From positions 424,052-488,051 of the IMG/VR virus record IMGVR_UViG_3300020429_000539: 64,000 nucleotides of DNA; one strand, given 5' to 3'. Positions within the stretch are counted from its first letter, which is position 1. Each line of letters begins with the position of its first letter. Below, in pieces: positions 28,912-39,623 of the stretch. The notes below the pieces were generated by a model that saw only the letters and a program-made list of their open reading frames with translations, searched no databases and was not told the DNA's origin. The position numbers and the translations under genes are program-made. This DNA comes from a virus (lineage: Duplodnaviria > Heunggongvirae > Uroviricota > Caudoviricetes).

Positions 28912-30936
28912 ATGCCTAAGTATCTAGTAATCATTGAAGGCCCTGGTAAGATTAAGAAGGTCTCAGCAGCGCTAGGCAAAGACTATAAAGTAGTTGCCTC
29001 TAAGGGGCACTGCGTTGACCTGCCTGCCAAAGGTAAGAATATATCAGTTAAGAAAGATAAAGCTACTGGTGATTATTCTTTTACGCCAAACTATCAAATT
29101 CTCGATGATAAAAAGGAAATCGTTTCTGACCTTGTAGACTTGGCACAAAAACACCAGACAACTTATTTGATGATGGACCCTGACCGTGAGGGCGAGGCTA
29201 TTGCTTGGCATATAGCGAATCAGTTGCCTGCGAGTGTTAAGCCGGTTCGAGTAACGACGAACAGCATTACACAGTCAGAGATAGCCAAAGCTCTTAAGAA
29301 AACCAGGTCGATTGACCAAGACCTAGTGAACAGTTATGAGGCCCGTCGTATTCTTGACCGCCTTGTGGGGTATGAATGTTCATTCTTGACAACACAAGCA
29401 ACTGGTGGCCGATCTGTGGGTCGCGTTCAATCCGCCGCTCTTAGAATTTTGGCTGACCGCGAGAAATCGATTCAGTCATTTGTGCCAGAAGAATACTGGG
29501 AGATAAAAGCAAGCCTGCTCTCCAAGAAAGCCGAAAAACTGGTAGTTGATCTTGTAGACCCTAAAGCAAAGGACATCAAGAATAAAAAAGCAGCGGAGAC
29601 CATCAAGACCGCTTTGGAAGGCAATGAGACAGAGGTAACAAAATATGACCAGAAACAGAGAGTTTCTAGACCATACGCTCCATTTACAACCTCTACCATG
29701 CAGCAATCGGCAGTCTCAATACTTGGGCTTTCTCAAAGTCGTGCGATGCGTGCTGCTCAAGGGCTATACGAAGACGGCCATATTACATATCATCGAACGG
29801 ATTCGATATCGATTTCATCAGAGGGTATCAAGAATATCAGAGGCTACATACAGTCAAACTTTACGCCTAACTACTATCCTTCGAAGCCCAATCTCTACAA
29901 GACTTCGGCAAAGAATGCTCAAGAAGCTCACGAAGCTATCCGTCCAACCGATGCCAACGTCGTCGGCGTAGGACGAGATATGGACCAGAAGCGTTTGTAT
30001 GAGCTTATTTGGCAGCGCGCTGTATCTTCGCAGATGACTGATTCTGTTTCTAATCAGGTTACAATCCGCTTCGAGACCAAAAAGTATACGCTAGGTGTAT
30101 CGGGCTCCAGTCTTGTTTTTGATGGTTGGAAAAAAGTCTGGTCTTATGCGCTGTCTAAAGATGTTCAGCTTCCTGCTCTCAAGGTTGGCGAGAAGCTTGA
30201 TATATCGAAGGTGTCAACTGAGCAGAAGTGGACACAGCCCCCGCCCAGATTCTCTGAAGCTTCAATTACGAAAGAGCTAGAGAAGACCGGCATCGGTAGG
30301 CCGTCTACTTATGAGCAAACGATGCGAACTCTTAAGGACCGCGAATATATTGAACTAACAAAGAAGGCATTCCATGTAACTGATCTAGGGATGCGAGTAA
30401 ATGATTTTTTGGTTCGGTCTAATTTCTGCTTCATTGATTTGAAGTTCACCGCTGACATGGAAGACGACCTTGATGAAATCAGCGCTGCTAAGAAGACTAA
30501 AGAGAAGGTTCTTGATCTATTTTACAAACGGCTGATGCAGGACATGGATGTTGGTCGTAAGATGAAAGATACTATTAGTCAGACCACCGTCCCATGCCCT
30601 GATTGCTCTAAGATGCTGTTGAAGAAGTTTGGACGCCAAGGCGAGCCATTCTTTGCTTGTCCAGAACGCAAAGCTTGCGGTTTTACTGCAAATATCGGTA
30701 GCGATGGCAAGCCTGAGAAGAAAGTTCCAAAACAGGTTATTCTTTCTACTCATAAATGCCCTATCTGTGATGAGCTTATGGCAGAGCGGCAGAGCAAATA
30801 TGGCAAGTTCTTTGGGTGTTCTAAGTTTCCTAAATGTCGCGGCATGCGCGATGAGAACGGCAAAGAAGTTAAGAAATCTACAGGCAAGAAGAAGTGGTCA
30901 AAGAAGACTAAAAAGAAATCAGCAAAGAAAAAATGA
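28912..30936 (+). CDS. topA: Type IA DNA topoisomerase with C-terminal zinc ribbons
   Basis: IIEGPGK, SKGH, DPDREGEAI, GRVQS, ITYHRTDS, QEAHEAIRP, GIGRPSTY, two C4 ribbons; AGGAG RBS. Confidence 0.95.
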   Translation: MPKYLVIIEGPGKIKKVSAALGKDYKVVASKGHCVDLPAKGKNISVKKDKATGDYSFTPNYQILDDKKEIVSDLVDLAQKHQTTYLMMDPDREGEAIAWHIANQLPASVKPVRVTTNSITQSEIAKALKKTRSIDQDLVNSYEARRILDRLVGYECSFLTTQATGGRSVGRVQSAALRILADREKSIQSFVPEEYWEIKASLLSKKAEKLVVDLVDPKAKDIKNKKAAETIKTALEGNETEVTKYDQKQRVSRPYAPFTTSTMQQSAVSILGLSQSRAMRAAQGLYEDGHITYHRTDSISISSEGIKNIRGYIQSNFTPNYYPSKPNLYKTSAKNAQEAHEAIRPTDANVVGVGRDMDQKRLYELIWQRAVSSQMTDSVSNQVTIRFETKKYTLGVSGSSLVFDGWKKVWSYALSKDVQLPALKVGEKLDISKVSTEQKWTQPPPRFSEASITKELEKTGIGRPSTYEQTMRTLKDREYIELTKKAFHVTDLGMRVNDFLVRSNFCFIDLKFTADMEDDLDEISAAKKTKEKVLDLFYKRLMQDMDVGRKMKDTISQTTVPCPDCSKMLLKKFGRQGEPFFACPERKACGFTANIGSDGKPEKKVPKQVILSTHKCPICDELMAERQSKYGKFFGCSKFPKCRGMRDENGKEVKKSTGKKKWSKKTKKKSAKKK

Positions 30937-31211
30937 ATAGAAGAGTATCTAAAAATCTGATACAGGCTGAGCGACTATACAAGAGAGTGTGGCGCGCTGC
31001 AAATGAAGCAGAAGCTACAGAAATCGAAAGCCTAATCCGTATACTTGATTCGCAGTTGACCGTTAACGAGTCAAATCGCATTCCTATGGAAAAACTAAAA
31101 GAGTTACTGGAGAAGATTAGGTCTGAAGAGGTCTCTCTTGATGAACTCGGAGACATGGACCCGAATCAGTTGTTTGAGTTCATAACAGGTGAAAAAGCAG
31201 ATGAAGAATGA
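30933..31211 (+). CDS. Hypothetical protein
   Basis: ATGA overlap with topA. Confidence 0.6.
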   Translation: MNRRVSKNLIQAERLYKRVWRAANEAEATEIESLIRILDSQLTVNESNRIPMEKLKELLEKIRSEEVSLDELGDMDPNQLFEFITGEKADEE

Positions 31212-31404
31212 AATACGAGGGCTAAAAGCAGGTCGATACTATTCACCTTGTGAAAGCGTCCTCTTGCAGCTAAGAATATCCGATGAGGGTGTAATAGTCG
31301 AGATAGCGGACTCTGATGCCGATATCTTCTATGCATTTACGATTGATGATGAAGAAGTGATTAAGTTCGAAGTAGACGAACTAGCAGCAACACAAGGAGA
31401 ATAA
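31201..31404 (+). CDS. Hypothetical acidic protein
   Basis: Packed between neighbours. Confidence 0.5.
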   Translation: MKNEIRGLKAGRYYSPCESVLLQLRISDEGVIVEIADSDADIFYAFTIDDEEVIKFEVDELAATQGE

Positions 31405-31407
31405 CAG

Positions 31408-31845
31408 ATGCCGCAGATTGCCCCCAACTACGAAGAGAATCCAGAGATTATCGATATTGCCGATGAGTTGATCACGTTGTATCCCGAGCTATTTGGAGGT
31501 ACTGACCTGACTCGCATCGCTGCGTTCTCGATTACCAATAAAGACCGCAAGGAAGGCAAGCCGATTTGGGAAATCATGCCTGTCAAGGCTCCTGCCAATA
31601 TCCTTTGCAACAAAGACTACATTATCGCTGTTTACTTGAACAGCTATGAGATGCTTGATGATGCGCATAAGGCTGCGATGGTAGCAGATATCCTCTGCAC
31701 GATTCCCGCCGAAGGAAAAGGCAAGCTTGTGCCCAAGGATGTTAAAGAGCATGGTGTGATGATTCGCACGCTTGGGGTTGACTTCATGGACAACCCTGAT
31801 CTTCCTGATATCCGCAAGGGTGTAACTGATTGGGTACGAGGCTAA
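31408..31845 (+). CDS. Phage putative-metallopeptidase-like protein, degenerate
   Basis: DYIIAVY...AAMVADILCTI...KDVKEH...IRTLG aligns by eye with that family but lacks HExxH; AAGGAG RBS. Confidence 0.5.
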   Translation: MPQIAPNYEENPEIIDIADELITLYPELFGGTDLTRIAAFSITNKDRKEGKPIWEIMPVKAPANILCNKDYIIAVYLNSYEMLDDAHKAAMVADILCTIPAEGKGKLVPKDVKEHGVMIRTLGVDFMDNPDLPDIRKGVTDWVRG

Positions 31846-31857
31846 GGAGAGACATAG

Positions 31858-32283
31858 ATGAAATTTCAGGCTATATCAAGAGACGATTACGGACAGACGG
31901 CCATTATTGGTACGCATGACACCGTAGAAGGCGCGATTAATCAGTGCCGTGAAGAAGTTACAAATCTGAACTTCTCAAACGCCCTTACAACGGATAATAA
32001 GTTCCGTTCTATTGAAGCGTTTATGGTTGACATTATTAACGGCGCGGGCGATGTCGAGAGCGATATTGTTTATATGGGTAACATGACCGCTGGACAGCAT
32101 CAAGCTCTCAATGTTAAGACTGGCGAGAAGTCAATGATTGATGATACGACCAAGCTGCGTATCTACATTGGGCGAAATGAGAATCAAGATTTTTACCTTG
32201 AGAACTTCAAGGGCGATCCGGTAGCGACATTGAAGGATGAAAACCTACAGGATAAAACCTATTTCTTTGTCAAGGGGGTATAA
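31858..32283 (+). CDS. Hypothetical protein
   Basis: TAAGGAG RBS. Confidence 0.65.
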   Translation: MKFQAISRDDYGQTAIIGTHDTVEGAINQCREEVTNLNFSNALTTDNKFRSIEAFMVDIINGAGDVESDIVYMGNMTAGQHQALNVKTGEKSMIDDTTKLRIYIGRNENQDFYLENFKGDPVATLKDENLQDKTYFFVKGV

Positions 32284-32939
32284 TGACCCTAGTTTTAGCT
32301 ATCTCTGGAAAGAAGCAGAGCGGCAAAACAACCTGGGTCAATCGCTTTGAAGAGATGTATAAAGGTCATGGTTGGGATGTCCGTTCGTATTCATTTGCAG
32401 ATCCGTTGAAAGAATTTCTAATCAACTCAATGGGCCTTGCGTATAGTCAGTGTCATGGCACTGATGAAGAGAAAAACTCTCCAACTATTTATCGTTGGGA
32501 AACTTTGCCTGAAAATATACGCGCAGTCAATGGGAATAAAAGCGGATTGATGTCGGGTCGAGAACTGATGCAGGTATTCGGCACGGATGTTATGAGACAG
32601 ATGTTTGATGATTGTATTTGGGTTAATGCGACATTCCGTTCTATTCGACGGGATAATCCAGACATAGCTCTCATTCCTGATACCCGTTTTCCTTCGGAGT
32701 TGCGAGCGATATATGCGAATAACGGATATGTTATTCGTCTCACACGCAACGTATACATGCAAGACCGTCACCCTAGTGAAACAGCTTTGGATGATTGGAA
32801 TTGGACCGAAGAACCCTCTACGAGTAGCAACTCGTTGTTAGTGCCTGATGGTATGGGCATAGAAGAAACGTGGAAATACACGGGAGCCTTTATTGACCGA
32901 TTGTTGGTCATGCACGGGCTTACCAAGCAGAAGGTATGA
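32283..32939 (+). CDS. Phage deoxynucleoside monophosphate kinase
   Basis: ISGKKQSGKT, SFADPLK, RELMQVFGTD, DTRFPSE, HPSE. Confidence 0.9.
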   Translation: MTLVLAISGKKQSGKTTWVNRFEEMYKGHGWDVRSYSFADPLKEFLINSMGLAYSQCHGTDEEKNSPTIYRWETLPENIRAVNGNKSGLMSGRELMQVFGTDVMRQMFDDCIWVNATFRSIRRDNPDIALIPDTRFPSELRAIYANNGYVIRLTRNVYMQDRHPSETALDDWNWTEEPSTSSNSLLVPDGMGIEETWKYTGAFIDRLLVMHGLTKQKV

Positions 32940-32940
32940 C

Positions 32941-34119
32941 ATGAGTAAAGACGCATTCGCCAGAAAGTACCGCCCTAAGAAGCTTGCAGACCTAGTGGGC
33001 CAAGAGCATGTGGTCAAGGTGCTACTGAACTCGCTGAAACAAGACGACTACCATCACGCCTACATCTTTGCGGGTAAGTTTGGTTGTGGCAAAACATCAA
33101 CTGCTCGCATTTTTGCGGCTGCCGTCAATAATCCAGGTGGAGCCTCTGCTGAGCCTGATCTTGACTCAGAGCTTGTCAAGAAAATCTTCAATGGCAAGCA
33201 TCCTGATATCAAAGAGATCGACGCGGCAGCCAGTGGTAGCATCGATGGCATCCGCGACCTCAAAGAGCAAATTAAGTATGCTCCGATGGAGTGCAAGTAT
33301 CGCTTCGTCATCCTTGACGAGGCCCACAGATTGAGCGGCGCGGCGGCAGAAGCCGCATTGAAGATGATCGAGGAGCCTCCATCAAATGTCATCTTCATTC
33401 TTTGCACAACTGACCCGCAGAAGCTTAAGGACACGATTCATAGTCGCTGCCTGCCTTTGCGATTCAATGCCTTATCTTGGAATCAGTCGTTTCAGCATCT
33501 TTGCAAAGTTGCTGATGCAGAGAAAATTGACTACGAAGAAGCTGCGCTGAAGATTGCAGCACGCAAGAGCAAGGGCTCTGCACGTAATGCGTTGCAGAAC
33601 CTACAAATGTTGATCACGTTTGCCGGTGAGGGAAATAAGATCACAACTGAGATTGCTCAACAAGCTCTGTCGGCTATCGATGAGAACTTTTACTTCCATT
33701 TGGTCGATGCTATAGTGAAACCTGACGCTGGAGAAGCCATGCGTATCGTTGACAAGTTGCTTGCTGACGGACGCGATGTCGGGGAAGTCTTGGATGGTCT
33801 CGTTGGACATCTAAGAAACTTGCTAGTTATTACAACGGCCCCTTCAACTCAGGGTTTGATATACCTGACAGATGATGAGCAGAAACGTTACGTGCATCAA
33901 AGAAACAGCCTTCCGAATGGTCTTGCAGCAGCATTCATTATTGAAGCTCTGGAGAACTTGGCAGAGGCTTCGCGGAGTATTCAGCTAAACCTGAATCCTC
34001 AAGTGATGCTTGAAGGCTTTGTCGTAAAGACAATCATGAGCGCTGCGACTCTGAGGCGAAGGGACACTTCACGGAGTCAGAATACGAATGCCTCAACCCA
34101 ACCGCAAAAAGCGGGGTGA
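32941..34119 (+). CDS. dnaX: DNA polymerase III gamma/tau clamp-loader subunit
   Basis: ARKYRP, GQEHV, GCGKTS, EIDAA, DEAH, EEPP, SRC. Confidence 0.93.
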   Translation: MSKDAFARKYRPKKLADLVGQEHVVKVLLNSLKQDDYHHAYIFAGKFGCGKTSTARIFAAAVNNPGGASAEPDLDSELVKKIFNGKHPDIKEIDAAASGSIDGIRDLKEQIKYAPMECKYRFVILDEAHRLSGAAAEAALKMIEEPPSNVIFILCTTDPQKLKDTIHSRCLPLRFNALSWNQSFQHLCKVADAEKIDYEEAALKIAARKSKGSARNALQNLQMLITFAGEGNKITTEIAQQALSAIDENFYFHLVDAIVKPDAGEAMRIVDKLLADGRDVGEVLDGLVGHLRNLLVITTAPSTQGLIYLTDDEQKRYVHQRNSLPNGLAAAFIIEALENLAEASRSIQLNLNPQVMLEGFVVKTIMSAATLRRRDTSRSQNTNASTQPQKAG

Positions 34120-34882
34120 GGTCAAGAAAAAAGTAGCCAAGAAGAAGGCAACGACGAAGAAAAAAGCTGAGAAGAAACTCAGCGTTGAAGAACAAGAAGC
34201 CGAGCGATGCAATGAGCTAATCTTGATCATCCGCGAATCAGATAATCTAAATGAGACCAACGCCGCATTTGAGGAGATAGTCTATAGACTAAAGCCTCGA
34301 ATACAACGGTTGGTTAATAGATTCAACATCGCGGGTCTCGGCAATGATGATGTTATGCAGGAGGCGTTATACGCTTTACGATACAAGGCTATCAAGGACT
34401 ATGATGCTGAAAGAGGAAACGGTACTGGCTGGTCTCCGTTTGATAAGTTCGCCATTCTTTGTATAAGGCGACACTTATCAACCGAATATAAGGCTAGTTA
34501 CCAAAACAAGAAAAGAGTCCTCAATCAGAGCATGTCTCTTGACCATGAAACCCGTACCAGTTCAGATGACGATTTATCATTGATCAATATAGTCGCGTCT
34601 GATGATACAAACGTTCTAACCAACGTTATGCAAAAGGAGTACTATCGAGACTTGATGGGCAGGTTACTGAAGAGCTTGTCAAGTTTTGAGAAAGAAGTTT
34701 TCCTATTGTATGCCCAGAGATACTCTTACGAAGAGATTGCAGACAAGATCAACGAAAATCGTGTCAAAGTCAAAGTGAATATCAAGGGAGTTGATAACGC
34801 TTTGTCGAGAATAAAGAACAAGGCACGAGTCATTTTGATTCAATATGAGCAAAACCAAGTTCCTGATGAAGAAACCGATTAA
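34088..34882 (+). CDS. Sigma-70 family sigma factor (SigH-like)
   Basis: DDVMQEA...AIKDYD...FAILCIRR; region 4 YSYEEIA...KGVDNALSRIKNK. Confidence 0.85.
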   Translation: MPQPNRKKRGEVKKKVAKKKATTKKKAEKKLSVEEQEAERCNELILIIRESDNLNETNAAFEEIVYRLKPRIQRLVNRFNIAGLGNDDVMQEALYALRYKAIKDYDAERGNGTGWSPFDKFAILCIRRHLSTEYKASYQNKKRVLNQSMSLDHETRTSSDDDLSLINIVASDDTNVLTNVMQKEYYRDLMGRLLKSLSSFEKEVFLLYAQRYSYEEIADKINENRVKVKVNIKGVDNALSRIKNKARVILIQYEQNQVPDEETD

Positions 34883-34890
34883 GGAGTACA

Positions 34891-36189
34891 TTGATGAAGT
34901 TTAGCGTTCAAGTGAAAGATTTCGCGAGAGGCTTAGAGCCTGTTATTTCTGTCGCGGTGAAAGGCGTTACCAAAGAATACGAGAACGCTTTCTTCGCCAC
35001 GCTGATTGTTGACGAAAATGGCATCACGGGTGTTGCAGACGGCGGCAAGGTCAGTATCTATGCCGATATTACCAACTCTCGTTTTGACAAGCTGAACTTC
35101 AAACATGAAGTCAGCGGTATTGCTACTGTTAAAGCTGCTGATTTGAAAGCCGTGCTTGCCTCGATTGATGAGAATGAAATCGTCAATGTCGAGATAACTG
35201 GTAATGACGATGAGGGTCGTGAGCTAATGTTTACGCTTGAGTCGGACCCTGAGCAGTTCCAGACGTTGCCGGTTAACTCCGAGAACATACCTCGTGACCG
35301 TTACATCGATGATTACATGGAGGCTGTAAGCGACGATGATGGTCTTCAGATTCGTCGTGACCTCTTTGCTTCGGGCGCAAGCGCGTTGACATTTACCCAT
35401 GGCTTTGAGGAGTATCGTCCTGCTTATCTCTATTGGGTCATTCGCGCGTCTAAGGATGAGCTACGCTTTGCCTCTGGTAGCGGTGGTCGATTTGCGGTTC
35501 TCGAATACATTGGTCATGACCTTTCGAACGCGACCGACACCACAACCCTTGTTGTTCCCAATGAGCAGACGCAGGTTTTCGTGGACATTGTTGGCAAGGT
35601 CAATGATGACATGATTACCCTACATAAAACAGACAGGCACCTTGTTCTCAAGACGAACAACTTTATCGCGGTTGCTTCAAACTATGACCCTGAAATTCAG
35701 TGGCCTGATCTTGATGTCTTCCTCAAGAGAGAGAACAAACTGCGACTGACCACGCGAGTTGGAAGCTGGCCGAATGCGGTCAAGGGCCTTGCGGCGACTT
35801 ATAACGAAGATGCCAAGAAGACCTTTGACTATCATGTCGCCAACCTTGATATTGATCTGGCTGGCAATATCATTACCGCTAAGACGACAGGCAGCACGAT
35901 GCGATCGAAGCGTAAGATCAACATCGAAGATGCTGAAGTCAAGGATAGCGATTCGATGAGTGCTGTCAATCTCAACTTCCTTTCGAAGTATCTCTTTGAG
36001 GCATTCAAGAATGCGTCTGATGACGAGCATGTGCAGATTGAGATTGAAAATGAACTGAAGCCTGTTGTTATCCGCTACCACGCCGGTCAGCAGGTTGGTG
36101 AGGCTGACGATTTCCGCAAGCCCAACGAGTCGTTTGGCGTGGATGAGCGATTTACTGTGTTCTTCGCGACCTTTACCGAAGACGACTAA
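34891..36189 (+). CDS. Sliding clamp (DnaN/beta-clamp-like), enlarged
   Basis: MKFSV start, SGGRFA, WPD, LNFLSKYLFEA...KPVVI pattern; lies between DnaX and HolA-like genes. Confidence 0.7.
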   Translation: MMKFSVQVKDFARGLEPVISVAVKGVTKEYENAFFATLIVDENGITGVADGGKVSIYADITNSRFDKLNFKHEVSGIATVKAADLKAVLASIDENEIVNVEITGNDDEGRELMFTLESDPEQFQTLPVNSENIPRDRYIDDYMEAVSDDDGLQIRRDLFASGASALTFTHGFEEYRPAYLYWVIRASKDELRFASGSGGRFAVLEYIGHDLSNATDTTTLVVPNEQTQVFVDIVGKVNDDMITLHKTDRHLVLKTNNFIAVASNYDPEIQWPDLDVFLKRENKLRLTTRVGSWPNAVKGLAATYNEDAKKTFDYHVANLDIDLAGNIITAKTTGSTMRSKRKINIEDAEVKDSDSMSAVNLNFLSKYLFEAFKNASDDEHVQIEIENELKPVVIRYHAGQQVGEADDFRKPNESFGVDERFTVFFATFTEDD

Positions 36190-36230
36190 GCTAACTCTCT
36201 CCTGAGCTAACGCTTGGGAGAGGTATTACC

Positions 36231-37400
36231 ATGAGCGAAAAGAAGAAACCCCAAGTAGCCTGGCTCTCTGGCGGCTACCATAGCCGTCGAGCCAGACTTC
36301 GTTCTATCCGTGAGCGCTTCAATGGCTTTGAGCAAGCGGAAATTGACGGCGAGATGTCTGTTGGCTATCTGATTCAGAAACTCCGCGATGGCGGTTGTTT
36401 TGACCCGAAAAGACTTATCATCGTTCACGCGATGCCACAGTTCAAGGGCGTCAAAAAGAAGAACGTAGACGACATTATCAAAGCCTTGTCTCGCATGAAC
36501 GACGATTGCTTCGTTGTGTTCAATGGTCTCGATAAAATCAAAGATAAGGCTCTATTCGAGTTTTCGCAGAAAAACGGCAAGGTTTACGATTTCGAGACAA
36601 AATTTGAACGCAAACAAGCTGAGTTCTATATAGAAGACCGTCTTGAGTCTATGGGCATGAAAGCGGAAAGCGGTGTAGCTGAAATGCTCATCGAGAATTG
36701 TGCTTATGATGCAGCGGTAGGGGGACTGGGAGCGGACCAGCTTGAGATGGCTCTTCAACGGCTTATTCTCTATGTCGCTCCTGAGAAACAGGTTCGTGTT
36801 GTAGATGTAGAAGCCACCATGTATAGCTTCGACAACTTCGTGATTTGGGATTTGGTTAACGCTCTTGATGTTCGTGATTATGGCCGTTGCATGAAGATGT
36901 TGTCTCAGGCGCATTTGGTTGACCCAAACATACCGGCGGCGGTCACTCAGATGATGACCACACTGCTTTGGCGATACCGTCTTATATTGCTTCTTCGGGA
37001 ATCCGTATCAAATGGCGCTTCGCAGCAAGAGGCAATACAGCATGCTACCGAAGTATATAAGCTAACAAAGACAGGCACAGGCTTGTCAGCAAGAATGACA
37101 TCGGAGCCCTACAAGACAGGAGACAAGGCTGGCGAGCCTCAGTCGGTGTGGACTCATAACGTAGCTCGTAACTGTTGCGAGGGGATGTATGGTAAGACAG
37201 CTTCTTTAGACCTTTGGAGCCGGCGAGACATATATCGGCTCATTCTAGTGTTACAAGAGGCGATGGCCTTACTAAGGGGTACATCCGAAAACGAATCGCT
37301 CATGATTGCCGATATGGTCTTCATGAAGGCTTGTAATCTCCTACCTGATAAGCAGGTTGAACAAGTTATAAAAGCTTTCGAAAGGACTAAGATAGCATGA
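36231..37400 (+). CDS. DNA polymerase III delta (HolA-like)
   Basis: GCFDPKRLIIV, LEMALQRLILY, IWDLVNAL; context. Confidence 0.7.
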   Translation: MSEKKKPQVAWLSGGYHSRRARLRSIRERFNGFEQAEIDGEMSVGYLIQKLRDGGCFDPKRLIIVHAMPQFKGVKKKNVDDIIKALSRMNDDCFVVFNGLDKIKDKALFEFSQKNGKVYDFETKFERKQAEFYIEDRLESMGMKAESGVAEMLIENCAYDAAVGGLGADQLEMALQRLILYVAPEKQVRVVDVEATMYSFDNFVIWDLVNALDVRDYGRCMKMLSQAHLVDPNIPAAVTQMMTTLLWRYRLILLLRESVSNGASQQEAIQHATEVYKLTKTGTGLSARMTSEPYKTGDKAGEPQSVWTHNVARNCCEGMYGKTASLDLWSRRDIYRLILVLQEAMALLRGTSENESLMIADMVFMKACNLLPDKQVEQVIKAFERTKIA

Positions 37401-37663
37401 GTGATTTTGTTTCTTACAATGCTTTCAACAAGACATCCATGCAAATTATGCGTCAAGTCGTGGACCTCCAACGCCTTGTTGATCGTCTACAGAAAGATGG
37501 ATTAGAGCAGGATATAGTCGATGAAGTAGCCGAAGAGGTTCAAAAGTTTGACGGGTTAATCGGCGCATATAAGCAGGGCTTGCTTGATGTCATTCGAGAA
37601 CTGACTTCGGAGGAAGACCCGACAATCACTGGTGTTTCTGGAGAAAATGGAGTTGAGATATAA
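37397..37663 (+). CDS. Hypothetical coiled-coil protein
   Basis: ATGA overlap. Confidence 0.6.
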   Translation: MSDFVSYNAFNKTSMQIMRQVVDLQRLVDRLQKDGLEQDIVDEVAEEVQKFDGLIGAYKQGLLDVIRELTSEEDPTITGVSGENGVEI

Positions 37664-38040
37664 TGGCGGATAAGGATGGAAAGAATCAAGACCACAATCC
37701 ACCATTGGATGATCTCGGTATTTACAATGATCATATCATTGAGCTTTGCGCATATGTTATCAAAACTTTGCACGATGACTATATAGACAAAGAAGAGTCG
37801 CCTAAGCATTCTATAAAGGATTTACGTGATTTAACTTTGACTCTACAAATGGCTTGGGAGCTTTCGCGAGAGATTATTGACTTTGATACTCGGCTTAAGT
37901 TAGAGGAAAAATATGGTCCATTGCCTCCCGATTTCTTTATGGATGGCAACGGACCTTCGCTTGATATAGACGATGTAGACGAAGAGGATTTCTTAGACGA
38001 CTCCGACGACTCTGACGATGAACCTGATGAGGATACGTAA
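37663..38040 (+). CDS. Hypothetical protein with acidic tail
   Basis: TAATG overlaps at both ends. Confidence 0.65.
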   Translation: MADKDGKNQDHNPPLDDLGIYNDHIIELCAYVIKTLHDDYIDKEESPKHSIKDLRDLTLTLQMAWELSREIIDFDTRLKLEEKYGPLPPDFFMDGNGPSLDIDDVDEEDFLDDSDDSDDEPDEDT

Positions 38041-39152
38041 TGTCAAACTATTACGATGTCCTAGGAGTAAATAAAACTGCTTCGGAGGATGATATCAAAA
38101 AAGCCTATCGCAAGAAAGCGATGAAATATCACCCCGACAGAAATCCTGATGACTCTGAAGCAGAGTCAAAGTTTAAAGAGGTTTCTGAAGCATATGAGGT
38201 TTTATCGAACAAGAATACTCGTCAACAATATGATAGGTACGGTTCAGTAAACCCGAGGCGGTCAAGGCCTGCAAGTAACGATTTCAATGATTTCTTTCGC
38301 ACGGTCTACAGGGCCTCTGCTTCCGGTGGCAATAATCGTGGCTATGCTGGTCAGACTGCTCGTGTCGTTTGTCGTTGCACAATAGAGGACATAGCCAAAG
38401 GACGTACGGTCAAGATTCAGTTCAACTCGAATGACCGATGCTCCGATTGCCGTGGCAAGGGAACCCGCGATGGGGCTGATAGGGTTGAATGTCCTACATG
38501 CCAGGGTAACGGTTTTGTAGAAGAAGTCTCACATTTTGGTGGCATGGGCGAAGTCCGTATGCAAGTACCATGCGAAGCTTGTAACGGCAAATGCAAAGTC
38601 ATCAAAGATGAGGACAGGTGCGAGAAATGCTCTGGTTCAGGTCTTGTATCGAGTCTTGTGTCGGTGCCCGTGGACTTGAGTCGTGGTGTGACCGATGGAG
38701 TAGTTATGCGATACAGGCACCATGGACTCTATGATGACCCTGTAGGCGTTCGTGGCGATTTGCTCATCCAAATACAGGTGCAATCACATGAGTTATTTGA
38801 ACTTTCTAACTACGGAATCATGCTCGATGTTTCGTTGACTTATTCTGAGGCTGTATTGGGCACGGAAATCAAGATTCCTACTATTTTCGGTCCAAGACTC
38901 ATCAAAGTTCCAAAAGGCACGAAATCAGGCGATACAAAGGTATTGCAGCAGATGGGCTTGGCCGATGAAAGAGGTATACGAGCAGGTATGCTTCTAACAT
39001 TTTTCATAGAGACAGCAAGTCCCACATACGATAAGTACAAGGAAGCTGTTGAAAGTTTGAAAGAATTGGAAAATGAAGAAGTTTTACCGGAAACTTTCAA
39101 ACAAAGAACTGCCATAGATACATATTTAGCAAAGGAGACGAATAATGGCTAA
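38040..39152 (+). CDS. dnaJ: DnaJ co-chaperone (class A)
   Basis: J domain YHPDRN, four CxxCxG repeats, GDL, C-terminal domain. Confidence 0.93.
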   Translation: MSNYYDVLGVNKTASEDDIKKAYRKKAMKYHPDRNPDDSEAESKFKEVSEAYEVLSNKNTRQQYDRYGSVNPRRSRPASNDFNDFFRTVYRASASGGNNRGYAGQTARVVCRCTIEDIAKGRTVKIQFNSNDRCSDCRGKGTRDGADRVECPTCQGNGFVEEVSHFGGMGEVRMQVPCEACNGKCKVIKDEDRCEKCSGSGLVSSLVSVPVDLSRGVTDGVVMRYRHHGLYDDPVGVRGDLLIQIQVQSHELFELSNYGIMLDVSLTYSEAVLGTEIKIPTIFGPRLIKVPKGTKSGDTKVLQQMGLADERGIRAGMLLTFFIETASPTYDKYKEAVESLKELENEEVLPETFKQRTAIDTYLAKETNNG

Positions 39153-39534
39153 AAAGAAAGCAACGAAGAAAACAGCTACCAAAAAGGCAGCACAAGCTGA
39201 GCCTGAAGTCGAAGCATCGTCAGAGCCAATGCGGAAGATGCGACCCAGCGCTGAAAGTCTTATTTCGGACGGCGTAGTATTTAACAAGTCGCTGAGTCAT
39301 ATGGCTAAGTTTGCTAAGAATCAAAAGATTTGGATGACCACCGACGATTATGTTGGTGAGTTCCGTGTTTCAGACGCCAAGCTTGACCAGGGAACCGAGT
39401 TTCGCCAGATTGTTTCCAATCGTGATTCGGTCATCGTGGAGCTTCATTATCTTCAGCGAGAATATGCCAAGGGCAATATTTCTTACATAGATGAAGAAGG
39501 AAAGGTTATCCCAAATCCGAATGTGCAAGAATAA
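39145..39534 (+). CDS. Hypothetical protein with Lys/Ala-rich N-terminus
   Basis: AAGGAG RBS; MAKKKATKK. Confidence 0.65.
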   Translation: MAKKKATKKTATKKAAQAEPEVEASSEPMRKMRPSAESLISDGVVFNKSLSHMAKFAKNQKIWMTTDDYVGEFRVSDAKLDQGTEFRQIVSNRDSVIVELHYLQREYAKGNISYIDEEGKVIPNPNVQE

Positions 39535-39623
39535 GAAAGTCTTTGTAAGTCTTTCTAAATATCGATAGCTGAACTGGACGCAGCATAACCTGGCGTTTCT
39601 TAGAGAGGTCATGGAGCAGAAGT

